A stretch of 64,000 bases of DNA, taken from positions 17,829,710-17,893,709 of the forward strand of contig CM119270.1 in the NCBI GenBank assembly GCA_051294375.1, in the 5' to 3' direction. How positions within the stretch are numbered: position 1 is the first letter of the stretch; the number at the start of each line of letters is the position of its first letter. Both the position numbers and the translations under genes were made by a program. The notes under the pieces were generated by a model that was given only the letters and a program-made list of their open reading frames with translations, was not told where the DNA came from and did not search any database. The DNA is from Paraspadella gotoi (lineage: Eukaryota > Animalia > Chaetognatha). Positions 1 through 13,120 of this stretch are shown here, in pieces.

Positions 1-190
1 TTCCTCTCCTTTCCCTTTCCTCCCCATTTCCCTTTCCTCCTCTTTTCTTCTCCTTTCCCTTTCCTTCTCTTTTCCATTCCTTTCCCTTTCCTCCCCATTT
101 CCCTTTCCTCCACTTTTCTTCTCCTTTCCCTTTCCTCCTCTTTTCCATTCCTTTCTCTTTCCTCCCCATTTCCCTTTCCTCCCCTTTTCC
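1..190. repeat. 71-bp polypyrimidine tandem repeat (~2.6 copies)
   Basis: ccccatttccc recurs at 22, 93 and 164. Confidence 0.75.
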
Positions 191-2580
191 TTTCATTCTC
201 AAATCTTCGTCCCCCATTTCCCTACAACTCTTTCCCCTTTTCTGCCCTCTGGCGTCGTAAGTAAAAACCTTCTTAGACAATAAGCGGCTCCTGTTAAACG
301 AACAAAACAACATTTTGACGGCGGTTGTGACCGGCCTTGTCTAGAGTCGATCGACTTTGTCGTCGTCGTTTTCCTATGCACATTTCTGTAAGTACCTTCT
401 CTGTTCTATTTTGGTTTAACTTATTTTGATGTTATCCAAGATCAAAGATTTACGCTCTATTCTCCCTTCGTGAAGCTTTGCTGTTTTGTCCCTCTCTCTC
501 ATTTCNNNNNNNNNNNNNNNNNNNNNNNNNNNNNNNNNNNNNNNNNNNNNNNNNNNNNNNNNNNNNNNNNNNNNNNNNNNNNNNNNNNNNNNNNNNNNNN
601 NNNNNNNNNNNNNNNNNNNNNNNNNNNNNNNNNNNNNNNNNNNNNNNNNNNNNNNNNNAAAAATATGTTTCAACCGCCAAAGCTATCATTCCGACTCTTT
701 CAAAAACATAAAATATAAATAAATAAATATTATTGCAGTAAATAGTAGTAACTTTATGAGCGGATGATTCNNNNNNNNNNNNNNNNNNNNNNNNNNNNNN
801 NNNNNNNNNNNNNNNNNNNNNNNNNNNNNNNNNNNNNNNNNNNNNNNNNNNNNNNNNNNNNNNNNNNNNNNNNNNNNNNNNNNNNNNNNNNNNNNNNNNN
901 NNNNNNNNNNNNNNNNNNNNNNNNNNNNNNNNNNNNNNNNNNNNNNNNNNNNNNNNNNCCTTCCTCCGCCCACGCGCGAGGTATATATAAACGGAGCGTT
1001 CCCCACGAGGGTCGCCCGGTCGACTCATAGTTTTGCCGATTCAACCGTTCGAATTCACCTTTCATGTCATTCGGGCTCGACCTACTCGTTCCATGGAACC
1101 AACTCGCCTGACATTCAAACGACAAACTTACCCTTACTCAACCTACTACTTACTCGCGGATAAATAACTATCACTGCACACAAACGCCTACTCACTGTAT
1201 TTTAGTTTATTAGTATTAATTGCGCTTTCTCACTGAAGCAATATTCACTTTCTTTACCCATTTAAGATCATTTTTTCTCTTCCTCTNNNNNNNNNNNNNN
1301 NNNNNNNNNNNNNNNNNNNNNNNNNNNNNNNNNNNNNNNNNNNNNNNNNNNNNNNNNNNNNNNNNNNNNNNNNNNNNNNNNNNNNNNNNNNNNNNNNNNN
1401 NNNNNNNNNNNNNNNNNNNNNNNNNNNNNNNNNNNNNNNNNNNNNNNNNNNNNNNNNNNNNNNNNNNNNNNNNNNNNNNNNNNNNNNNNNNNNNNNNNNN
1501 NNNNNNNNNNNNNNNNNNNNNNNNNNNNNNNNNNNNNNNNNNNNNNNNNNNNNNNNNNNNNNNNNNNNNNNNNNNNNNNNNNNNNNNNNNNNNNNNNNNN
1601 NNNNNNNNNNNNNNNNNNNNNNNNNNNNNNNNNNNNNNNNNNNNNNNNNNNNNNNNNNNNNNNNNNNNNNNNNNNNNNNNNNNNNNNNNNNNNNNNNNNN
1701 NNNNNNNNNNNNNNNNNNNNNNNNNNNNNNNNNNNNNNNNNNNNNNNNNNNNNNNNNNNNNNNNNNNNNNNNNNNNNNNNNCTCTCTCTCTCTCTCACTC
1801 TCTCTCTCTCCCTCTCTCTCTTTTTCTTTTCCTCCCTCTCTTTTTCCTTATTGTACCCTAACGAAAAGCTCCTATAAAACAACGTTTACACGCTCGCACA
1901 ATCGCACGTTCGCACGTTTACACGCGCGCATAATCGCACGTTCACCCGTTCGCACGCAACGGCCTTTTAAAAAATCGTAAAAATGAACCGGAAGGAGAAA
2001 AATGTTGGTTTTAACGGTTATATTTATATTTGTATATTTATATTTATATTGGTTCTTTTCGCGGATTCGAATTTAAACAGTTTGCTTTTTTCTGCTTCTT
2101 CTTCTGCTTTTCTTCGGACCCTTTTGACATTGCAGTAGCTTTTTCTTGTTATTTTGCTTTTGGTTTTTTTTCTTTCTTTTCACTTTTACCTTTTTTTTTC
2201 TGCGACAATTTTCACTTTTCTCTCTTAAGTTTTTCTGCCTCGAGATATTTTTCCCCCTTTTTTTCCAGTGGTCTAAACTCTAAAGTCGACCGTCCTTTCA
2301 AATCAAAATCTTATGTCAGACTACGTTACCACTTGTTTCTACAATATACATTATTGTACATTATAAACATACATGCTTTAATTTTTTTTTCTCTCTCTTC
2401 TCAACGACCTTTTGTTCTTTTCTTCTTCCATCGTCGTGATTCGTCTTCTTTTCACTATTCACTCTATTCACACTACTTCACAATGGTAGTAATAGTACCT
2501 CTTCGTGAAGGTTTGCGCAAACTTTTTTCCTTTTGTAATCATCTCTCATCATCTCTCCCTCTCCTCTTTCCTCTCTCCTT

Positions 2581-2716
2581 CTACTTCTCCATGTCCATCT
2601 CTCATTTCTTCCCTCTACTTCTCCATGTCCATCTTTCCTTTCCTCCCTCTACTTTTCCATGTCCATCTCTCCTTTCCTCCCTCTACTTCTCCATGTCCAT
2701 CTCTCCTTTCCTCCCC
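2581..2716. repeat. 34-bp minisatellite x4
   Basis: ctacttctccatgtccatctctcctttcctccct at 2581, 2615, 2649 and 2683. Confidence 0.85.
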
Positions 2717-3314
2717 CTCTCTTTCTCTCAACTTCTTGTCCTTCAGCCACATTCGTCGTCGTCGTCGTCGTCGTCGTCGTCGGCGTCGTCGTCGTCCTTT
2801 CTGTTTTCCTCTGCATTGATTGACTCTTCCAAGTTCCTTCCGTTTATCGTTTTTTTCCTTCTTTCCTCCATTTTTTTTTCTCTCCTTCTCTTTTTCCCTT
2901 TTTTTTCCCTTTTTTTTTTGCCCTTTTTTTCCATTTTTGGTCTTTCGACTTCCTTTTTTTTCTTTCCCTCGTTGCATCTTCTTCGCAGAAAACAATTGGA
3001 TTTGGGCGACGGACAATTTCCGTTCGCTTCCGCTCCCGTCGTCGTCGTCGTCGTCGTCTTTTTCGTCGTCGTAGTCATCACTTTCGTCGTCCTCATCGTC
3101 GTTGTTTACGTCGTTGGTTTCCTGTGTTCTGGTCATTGTCATTTTTAGCGATTGAATCAAATTGTTTTCATATAGATATCACGTTTTTGCATCGTCTTTT
3201 TTTCCTCGCATTTGTTTGTAATCTTTTCTTTCTTACTTTTAGTCGAGGTCGACAACGTCGTCGTCAACGTCGTTGTCGTCGTCGTCGTCGTCGTCTTCCT
3301 CCTCGTCTTCCTCA

Positions 3315-3354
<40 letters not shown>

Positions 3355-3690
3355 AGCTCCCGGTGAAAGGAACGGAAATCGATCGAATTCATTTAAATAA
3401 AAAGTCTAGTTCGTCTACAGTGCGACTCTGATTCGCCGATAAATTTACAGAGATTCGCTACAGTACCGCGTCTGCATTTTCTGAACCATAAAACTAAAAC
3501 CGTTCGATCGGATGGCCATTGGCCATTGGGGCCATTGGGGCCAACGGGCACCGGCCAATCCCCGATCTCATCCTTACCTTTCCACCCTTCCGGCTGAACT
3601 TGTCGATATTTTCCGACTTTTCATTTTCGGCAAAGAAGATTTTTTTTTTTTCTCTTCGATCCGACGATCTCGCATTTGTCTTCGTTCTCC

Positions 3691-3704
3691 TGGTCACGTG
3701 ACCA
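3691..3704. promoter_or_regulatory. Palindromic E-box (CLEAR/USF-type)
   Basis: Perfect 14-bp palindrome TGGTCACGTGACCA in a CpG-rich stretch that also has several ATTGG/CCAAT motifs (3518-3560). A second GTCACGTGAC lies at 34700-34709. Confidence 0.3.
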
Positions 3705-4149
3705 TTTCCNNNNNNNNNNNNNNNNNNNNNNNNNNNNNNNNNNNNNNNNNNNNNNNNNNNNNNNNNNNNNNNNNNNNNNNNNNNNNNNNNNNNNNNNNNN
3801 NNNNNNNNNNNNNNNNNNNNNNNNNNNNNNNNNNNNNNNNNNNNNNNNNNNNNNNNNNNNNNNNNNNNNNNNNNNNNNNNNNNNNNNNNNNNNNNNNNNN
3901 NNNNNNNNNNNNNNNNNNNNNNNNNNNNNNNNNNNNNNNNNNNNNNNNNNNNNNNNNNNNNNNNNNNNNNNNNNNNNNNNNNNNNNNNNNNNNNNNNNNN
4001 NNNNNNNNNNNNNNNNNNNNNNNNNNNNNNNNNNNNNNNNNNNNNNNNNNNNNNNNNNNNCCTGACCAGAACGTTCGGGACAGTCTCTCCGGGACGACTT
4101 TGCAGCGACGGTCGCTGCACCGATGCTGCGGTCCGGCTTTCCCGGACGC

Positions 4150-4237
4150 GTGGGCCGACGGGCGGCCGACGGGCAGGCGGACGGGCGGCCGACGGGCGGC
4201 CGATGGGCGGCCGACGGGCGGCCGAAGGGCGGCCGAC
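4150..4237. repeat. GC-rich 11-bp minisatellite (gggcggccgac)n
   Basis: About 7 near-identical units. Confidence 0.8.
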
Positions 4238-5908
4238 CGCGGGTCATTCTTCCCCTTTTCGAGGAATTGAGATAAATTCGTCGGCGACTTTCGCCCGATC
4301 GAATTATTGTGGTTCCGAAAGAGTTTTTTTTTTTTTTCTTTCTTCGGTCTCTCGTAGCGACTGACCCAACCGAAGCGTCGCTCCTCTTTCTCTGCATTTC
4401 CATCTTAATAAACTCGGTACATACTTGCAGTCTTACCCCTTAAATGACCTCCCTACCACCACCACCACCANNNNNNNNNNNNNNNNNNNNNNNNNNNNNN
4501 NNNNNNNNNNNNNNNNNNNNNNNNNNNNNNNNNNNNNNNNNNNNNNNNNNNNNNNNNNNNNNNNNNNNNNNNNNNNNNNNNNNNNNNNNNNNNNNNNNNN
4601 NNNNNNNNNNNNNNNNNNNNNNNNNNNNNNNNNNNNNNNNNNNNNNNNNNNNNNNNNNNNNNNNNNNNNNNNNNNNNNNNNNNNNNNNNNNNNNNNNNNN
4701 NNNNNNNNNNNNNNNNNNNNNNNNNNNNNNNNNNNNNNNNNNNNNNNNNNNNNNCTCCCTATCCGCCGCGACTATTCTCATTCGTCACTATTTCTTTCCA
4801 TCCTCAAAATCAGAAGAGCGCCCGGTCCAGCGAGACCCCGAGACTCACCCCACTTCCCCTCACCCCCCTGTTCCCCCCTCGGAAAATCGATACTCGGAGT
4901 CGAGGAAGCAAGAACCCTTCATCCCCTCCCTTCTTCCTCCATCCAAACCTCGGGGTGTTTAGCAATTCCAACCCTTCCTCTCAACTCACCCTGGGTTTTA
5001 AAATATTCAAGGCTTCCTTACCTTTTTTTTCCTTTCCCCTGCCCCATTACTCCCCCTTTTTTTTCTCCCGACGGAGGAAAGAGAAAGAAAAGAAAAAGTC
5101 GGACAACAAATGATCTTCAGTCGTGAATCGAATGTGAAGAAAAAAAAGTGTGATAAAAAAAAGATTGTGAAGAGTCCTTTTTTTTTCACTGTTTCGTTTC
5201 GGTCGCCAATTCGAACAAGCGGTTACCTTTTGAGTTGGAAGATTTACGTTGATTGANNNNNNNNNNNNNNNNNNNNNNNNNNNNNNNNNNNNNNNNNNNN
5301 NNNNNNNNNNNNNNNNNNNNNNNNNNNNNNNNNNNNNNNNNNNNNNNNNNNNNNNNNNNNNNNNNNNNNNNNNNNNNNNNNNNNNNNNNNNNNNNNNNNN
5401 NNNNNNNNNNNNNNNNNNNNNNNNNNNNNNNNNNNNNNNNNNNNNNNNNNNNTCTTCATTACGGAATCATGATCGCCTTCTATTCCATTGGTTCCATCTC
5501 TTCGCCTCGCGCCCTCTTATGCCATTTCAATCTATTTTCTGCCACCAGTGTTTGCCATTCGTTGCCACTTATCTCGGTCCAGTCTGTCATCATCTAACGG
5601 CCTAATTCGTCATAATCTCATCTTCCCTGTCTTTCGCTGTTTTCGTCGTCGTTGCTGTCGTCGTCGTCGTCGTCGTCGCGCTTGTATCATAACGATGGAC
5701 CCCATATGACGAAACACGGACCACAAATTTCTCAACAATATTCATAGGAGCACCATCGTTGACCCACAAATTATCACAAATCTTCACCGTAACGACCGGT
5801 CACGGCGTGAAAGGCTCAATTTCCAAACGTTAAAAGTTCGAGCGCCATCTCTCGCTCGATTCCAGACCAAAACAACGCCGGCTTAATGACGCTTTGCTTC
5901 GCTTTATG

Positions 5909-6030
5909 GTGCTTTGTTTCACTGCTTTATTGTGCTTTGTTTCACTGCTTTATTGTGCTTTGTTTCACTGCTTTATTGTGCTTTGTTTCACTGCTTTATT
6001 GTGCTTTGTTTCATTGCCCCATTGTGCTTT
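5909..6030. repeat. 23-bp minisatellite ~5 copies
   Basis: Unit gtttcactgctttattgtgcttt. Confidence 0.85.
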
Positions 6031-6077
6031 GCGATGCTCTCTCTGGTGCTTGGTAGAAAATCTAAAAAACAATAAAA

Positions 6078-6108
<31 letters not shown>

Positions 6109-7669
6109 CCCCTCTCTCTCTCTCTCTCCCTCTCTTCTTTTTTAACGATTGTTTTAATCGCGTTTCAATTAGCCCCATCCTTTGAGCAAAAACGAAAAAC
6201 GATATATTTTTTATTTTCTTTTTGTTTTTTATTGTATTTTGTTGCTTTTCTCTTTCCTTTTATCTTCGCGAGGGAATTATTCGTCTCCGATCTCGTTTGT
6301 AGCGAAGTCCCACTTGTGGACGACGAGACCGTTTCCGTTGTTTTCTTCCCTGTTTTGTTGGGGTTGTTTTTTTGTTAGTTTTGTTTTTGCAATAATTAGG
6401 AGCGTTCGTATTTTTTGCAAAACAAATTTCAAACTGTTAAACTTCGGAGTATCTGACCGTAAAAGCTCTTGGTTTTGAACGAAAAGGATTTTTCCTCTTT
6501 CAATGTTTGTTTATATTGACTTTTTTTTTTACTAGAAAATATTTTTCCTCTCGTTTCTCAAAAAAGTTTTGAATGACAAAAACAAAGTTTTACTGTTTTG
6601 GGCCAAACTGTACTAATGAAAGATTTTTTTTTCTGAAACTGCGTCCAGCGGTCCACTCATCTTCAAAAAACGTTTTTTTATGAGTCTTTGGCGATAGTTA
6701 CTCGTTTAATGAGTTTCCTTCTTAACGATTACTTTAATCTTTCAAGATATTCTACGTATTNNNNNNNNNNNNNNNNNNNNNNNNNNNNNNNNNNNNNNNN
6801 NNNNNNNNNNNNNNNNNNNNNNNNNNNNNNNNNNNNNNNNNNNNNNNNNNNNNNNNNNNNNNNNNNNNNNNNNNNNNNNNNNNNNNNNNNNNNNNNNNNN
6901 NNNNNNNNNNNNNNNNNNNNNNNNNNNNNNNNNNNNNNNNNNNNNNNNNNNNNNNNNNNNNNNNNNNNNNNNNNNNNNNNNNNNNNNNNNNNNNNNNNNN
7001 NNNNNNNNNNNNNNNNNNNNNNNNNNNNNNNNNNNNNNNNNNNNNNNNNNNNNNNNNNNNNNNNNNNNNNNNNNNNNNNNNNNNNNNNNNNNNNNNNNNN
7101 NNNNNNNNNNNNNNNNNNNNNNNNNNNNNNNNNNNNNNNNNNNNNNNNNNNNNNNNNNNNNNNNNNNNNNNNNNNNNNNNNNNNNNNNNNNNNNNNNNNN
7201 NNNNNNNNNNNNNNNNNNNNNNNNNNNNNNNNNNNNNNNNNNNNNNNNNNNNNNNNNNNNNNNNNNNNNNNNNNNNNNNNNNNNNNNNNNNNNNNNNNNN
7301 NNNNNNNNNNNNNNNNNNNNNNNNNNNNNNNNNNNNNNNNNNNNNNNNNNNNNNNNNNNNNNNNNNNNNNNNNNNNNNNNNNNNNNNNNNNNNNNNNNNN
7401 NNNNNNNNNNNNNNNNNNNNNNNNNNNNNNNNNNNNNNNNNNNNNNNNNNNNNNNNNNNNNNNCTCCTTCGAATCTTAACCCAGATAAATTGAATACGAA
7501 AACAGTTAATCATGGGGACCGCGTATAGAGAGGCAGAGAGGGAAGAGATAAAAAAAGAAACCGAGGTTCCTCTTTGTTTCAAAAAAAGAAACCGAGGTTC
7601 CTCTTTGTTTCAAAATAAGAAGGTGATTTTTTTTTTTTCCTCTTTTTCATTTTTTTTATTTTCTTCTTT

Positions 7670-7701
<32 letters not shown>

Positions 7702-9124
7702 TGGCCTAAAACCTCTATCTTCCCCCGGGAACGCTTAATCGCATTTAAATTTACATAAAGGGAACGAAAATCAATCGCGGTTTCTTTCGGAGGGGCGTNN
7801 NNNNNNNNNNNNNNNNNNNNNNNNNNNNNNNNNNNNNNNNNNNNNNNNNNNNNNNNNNNNNNNNNNNNNNNNNNNNNNNNNNNNNNNNNNNNNNNNNNNN
7901 NNNNNNNNNNNNNNNNNNNNNNNNNNNNNNNNNNNNNNNNNNNNNNNNNNNNNNNNNNNNNNNNNNNNNNNNNNNNNNNNNNNNNNNNNNNNNNNNNNNN
8001 NNNNNNNNNNNNNNNNNNNNNNNNNNNNNNNNNNNNNNNNNNNNNNAGAAAGCAAGATAAACTTATCCAGATCCACAAATAAAGACAAAACAAAGATAAC
8101 AAAGCGGATAAAAGTAAAACATACTGACAGACACAGAGACAAAAAGAAAGAAAAACAGCCGGACACACCAACTGGCGCACAAACAGGCAAAGCACAAATG
8201 ATTGAATGACAAAGATAAATCACAAGAAGGAAATCTAAAAAAAAAAAAAAAAACTAAATCAATATGATTTGCAATCGAGATTTAATCAGAGAAGAATTTC
8301 TCTTCCCCGATTCTTCTTTCCAAATTCTTTGGCAAAGAAAGAACGAAGGAATTTTCTTCTTTTTTTTTAGTTTTCATTTTCGTTCCATTTTTAGGCACTA
8401 TATTTCGGAAGCGCTCCCTTTCTGTTCCTGAACTTAATTTTAAGCTTATTAGTTTTTTAAGAAATCCTGAACTCCAACCTTAACTGCAAGACTTAGCATT
8501 ATATTAATTACATTACATTACTTTACATTACATTATATTGTATTACATTAATCCATAACCCTAATTATGAAATCTTAAATCCTTACTCGAACCCTTCCTT
8601 CCCTAACTTTAATCTCTAACCTAATTTATCAACTTAAAAAATAACTTTTAATTAATAATTTGAGTTGAATTGGGTCGCTTCGAAAAATGCCCATTTTATA
8701 TCCTTCTAACTTTTTTTATCCTAATCGTAAGCTTTAAGAGTTGTTATTTTTTTTCTATTATTTTTTTTGTTCAATCACGCCTGGTCATTTTCGTCCATTA
8801 AGAGCCGATTAATTTAGCGACTGTCTTCGTCACGTTTCGTAAAGTTCGCAGGGTTCAGAAAAAAAACCCATTAATTGGCGACAGTTTGGTGGCGTCCACC
8901 GACGGGAGACGGGACGCATTAAACGTCCATTTTTCACTTCACTCCAGTCTCTTGGCACTTTCCCGCCTTTTATCTCTCTCTGGTTCCGATACAATACGCA
9001 CTGCTTCACCGAATTGATATTCTTTTTTTTTTTCGCGGTCAAAGATCGGAATGGAGAGTCGAGTCGTGGGAGGAGAGTTTTTTTGTTATTATTTCCTTTG
9101 CCATCGTTTTAATAAATAAAGTGC

Positions 9125-9162
<38 letters not shown>

Positions 9163-10753
9163 GAGGGAGAGAATAAAACAAACAAAACGTCATAGGAAAA
9201 GAAGAAAAATGGATTAAAAAAAAAAGCCTGCAAATTAAAAAAAAAAAGAAAAGAAATAATAGAAAAACATGAAAAAAAAGTGATCAAGATCGATTTACTT
9301 TCTTTTATCCTTTTTCTCCTTATTTCTATATACGGGACAGGGGTTGCAAGTCGGGGAGTTTATCAAAAAAGAAAAGGGTTGGGAAGTAAAGCGAAGTGAG
9401 GAAAGGGAGTTTTGCGGTGAGTTTTAAAAAAAAAAAGAGAAAAAAAACTGGGATAAAAAATGCCAGCGCGGAATGTTTTAGTTTGATGGGAAATGGATGT
9501 CAACGAGGACAGAAGGAGGAAGGGGGGGTGGAAGGGGGGGGGAAGGGAAGGTAGGGAGGGGGTTGAGGGGAGGAGATGGGAGGAGAGATGGGAAATGAAA
9601 TGAAAAGAATATGGGAAAATGAAATGGGAAGCAGATTAAAAAGAAAGGATGATGGAGTGATGGAGAAAGCCTGGGAGTATGATGTAGAGATGGGGAGAGA
9701 TTGATGTAGACATGAAAAGAGGATGATGTAGTAAACGGAGATTGGATGATGTAGTGATGCAAAAACCGGACGGAGGGAGAATTCGAAACAGGAGGGGGGA
9801 GAGGAAACTAAAAGGTTAAGGGGTAACGTAATAAAAGTTGGCGCCGAGCGTGAGGCGTAAATCCTGAGTGAGGTTAGAGACGAAAAGTTTGAATGAATAT
9901 AAGCGAGTGGCAGAGATAAAGAGAAGTTAAGATAAGAGAGGAGGAGGGAAATAGAAAAGTAGAGAAGCGGAATATGAGCTCAAATTATTGAATGAATTGA
10001 AAAAGTAGAAAGTTCGAGATAATTATTAAAACCGAATATAAAAGAAAGAAGAAGATAGAGAACTAAAATGTAAACACAAAGTAAAAGCGTAAGAATACGG
10101 GGAGAAAAATAAAAGTGCGCTGCTCAGTGAGAAGTTGTGAAAAAGTGGGGAAAGAAGATGAAAAGTATCACGAGTGAAAAAAGGTGTGAAGTCGAGAATG
10201 ACGCTGGAATTCGAAAAAAAATGTGAGAGAAGGAAAGAAAAAAAAACGTGAGTCGAGGATTCATCTGTAAAAAGCGTGAATGAGTGAGTGAGGTGAGACT
10301 GTGTGAAGATGAAATGTGAACGGGTGAGAAACGTGAGAAAGTGACAAACGGTACAACTTTAGGGACGTGAGACTTTCATACTTAAAAGGGACAGGAGGCT
10401 ATTTTTGACGACTGCAAAGCGAGCCGGAAAAAAATGAAGAGCGAAAACTGAAATACTGTAATACTTTAATCCTGTTTGTATTATTATTATTATTGAAACA
10501 GAAAAAAAAACAGTTGAGGAACTAAATTTGTAGCCTTAATAATAAAAAAAAATGCCCAGGATCGGGAGGACATGAATTCGATTACTTCGTAAAAACAAAT
10601 TACAACGGCGTTGATTAACGAAATCGGTTTTAACGAACAAAACGCGAAATAAAGAAAATAAAGAACATTTGATTCGATAGAACGAAAAAAACTCTGATCG
10701 ATTCACCGACATTTTCTTTCTTCCGAGGAAACCTATAAAAATCACCCGATACC

Positions 10754-10807
<54 letters not shown>

Positions 10808-11239
10808 TCTCTCTCTAGTCGGAGTCGGTCGAGGCGACGGAGAACGAGTTAAATCGACGATTAAGCGGTAATTACTGTACGGCCGAAGCCGAAGTAATTA
10901 CTGTACGGGCCGACTCTTCCGATTTCCCCCCAAGGTCGTTTAAATCCGCGTTCGCTGTACGACCGTCGCGTCTGATTAAAATACTGTGGAGTTCGGTTCT
11001 TGCTGAGATTTTTTTTTTCCTTCCGTTTTGCGCGTCTGTCAGTTTGGGAGAAAATTTAAAAATAAAATAAATAATTAAAAACAAAATAAACTAATAAATA
11101 GAAGAATAAATGAAAAAACTAATTAAATAAAATTTGTTGAAAAATTTTCAATCTTTTTTTGTGTTTTTGTTTTTTCTCAATTACGAAATTTCTTTTGTCC
11201 CCTAACGATAAAAGTCGACGAAGAAAAAAAAGGACAACC

Positions 11240-11402
11240 GCAACATCTGTGTCCATCTGTCCGTCATCTGATGTTATTGTTTTTCATCTGCCCGTCATCT
11301 GCTCCTATTGTTTTTCATCTGCCCGTCATCTGCTGTTATTCCTTTCCATCTGTCCGTCATCTGCTCTTATTCCTTTCCATCAGCCCATTATCTGCCCGTC
11401 TT
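11240..11402. repeat. ~32-bp degenerate minisatellite
   Basis: Recurring catctgYccgtcatctgNtNttatt units, ~5 copies. Confidence 0.7.
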
Positions 11403-12642
11403 TGTCCTCATTTCGTCCGATTTTCTTAATAATCTTTTCGTCTTTTTTGTTATAACTCAAGTCAAATCAAACTTACTAGTCTTCTTCCGATTTTTACAAT
11501 CTTTCCGACCTCGTCATCTGTACGTCGTCATATTCCCATCTGTGAATCTCCCCGACACCCGTCTGTCCGTCTGCTCGTCTGGTTTCAGTCTGGCGATTAA
11601 TTTTGTGAAGCTTCGATCCATGTTACTCTTTTAATTCTAATAATTAAATTAATGAATTGCGACAAGTTCCGTCTGAGCCCGCTGTCTCTTCTCTCTCTCT
11701 CCTTCTCTCTCCTCTCTCTCTCCTCATTCTCTCTCTCTCTCTCTCTCTCTTTCTATCTCTCTCTCTCTCTCTCCCTCGCTATTTCCGCTGGGACACAAAA
11801 CTGGTCTTTCGCCCATCGAGGTTAAATCGTTCAAAGATGATTCAATTAAACCAAATTATGTTTCTCCTTTTCCTCTCCTCACTTTTCCTTATCAATTCCA
11901 TATATATTTTTTTCAATATCCTTTTTCCCTTTGCTATTTATTTTTATTCGCGACGAGCCTCGACGCTTTTCGGTCGGTCCGTCTGTCTGTAAATATTTCA
12001 TTAAATATTAAAGTTGAAAAGCTTAATGAAATTATTACTCGTTTTTGAAGCGCTAATCAAAGATTAGGTAAAAGGTGTAAATAAAAAGAACGGGCGGGAA
12101 AAACGGAGGAAGAGGAAAAAGAAGAGAGAGAGAGGGGGGGAGAGAGAGAGAGAGAGAGAGATGGTGCCGCGACTGAATAAACTTTCGATAGCATATTTGT
12201 TCAAAACTCCAAGCCATTTTTAAAATATAAAATTTTCTTTCCTTATGAAATACTTTTTACTTTTTATATTTAACTTTATCTTTTTAGCCAATTTCTCACC
12301 TCCCAATTGTTTTTTTATTTTCTTTATTTTCTTCACCATTTTCTACTTAACCTTTTTCCTCTCACCTTATATTTCCATTTTTTTCGCTGAGCGAAGGAGA
12401 AAAGAAAAAAAAATGGCGATGAACGAAAAAAAGGGTTTTTTTTTCTTCGTTTCAAATTTCCTTTTTTTCTCTTTTTATTTCCTTTTTTTTCACCTTTTTT
12501 CTCCTCTCACTCTATACCTTTCACGCTTTTTTATTTATTCACTTTGTATTTCATCGTCGTCCTCTTTCACTGTTTTTCTCCCAGATTCACTTACGCTTTT
12601 CTTCAGTTACGCGCGTTTGCGTCACTTTTTCTCTCTTATTCA

Positions 12643-13060
12643 TTTTTAGTCGGATCTGCTTATCAGCAGATTCCGACTCTATAATTCACTTTGTCGGTCC
12701 GTCGGTCCCAGCCCAAAATCTTGTTGGTAAAACATTGTTTTCGCATCAAAACATCGAATTATAATAAATTATCCAAACAAAATGATGTCGGTCCGTCCGT
12801 CCGTCTGTCCCTCCCTCCTTAGCATGAATGTGTGTGGGTAGGAGATTGTGTGATTGAGCTGGATATAAAGTTTGGATGGAATCGTGAAAGCGGAAATGAG
12901 TTCAAATGAAAAAAAAAAAAAATCAAAAGTCACATTTACTTGAATTTTTTTACTTACATTTACTCATAATTATTATATTTATAAAAAAAAACTGATAAAT
13001 TGAAATGGAATTTTGCGTGGTAGAAAAGTATGCGATTAAGCTGGATATAAATTTAAAAAT
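12643..13060 (+). mobile_element. Helentron/DINE-1-like non-autonomous element (HINE) remnant
   Basis: T-run followed by the stem-loop AGTCGGATCTGCT-tatc-AGCAGATTCCGACT (12648-12678), then a GTCY-type microsatellite (12693-12708, 12787-12810) and two partial internal repeats ~180 bp apart (gattRagctggatataaa at ~12852 and ~13034). This layout is typical of DINE-1/HINE elements. The right boundary is uncertain. Confidence 0.6.
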
Positions 13061-13120
13061 TCATATTTGTGATGAACCTCTATAAATAAATCGCTCTTAA
13101 AAAGTCTCGCTCCGTCTCTC

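Noticed and set aside
277-387. Plus-strand exon ttcttag|...|gtaagt (DNKRLLLNEQNNILTAVVTGLV*)
   Set aside because: All three frames contain stops and no partner exon is identifiable.
2040-3360. Minus-strand Asp-rich/Lys-rich coding-like frame with in-frame TAA/TGA, hinting at stop-codon reassignment
   Set aside because: Built from decayed (GAC)n and A-rich tracts that occur all over the window. The clean NRF-6-like exons use the standard code with no internal stops and end in TGA.
416-8223. Long ORFs containing X-runs (also at 28890-29294, 45585-46263 and 61914-63627)
   Set aside because: They are open only because they run through N-gaps.
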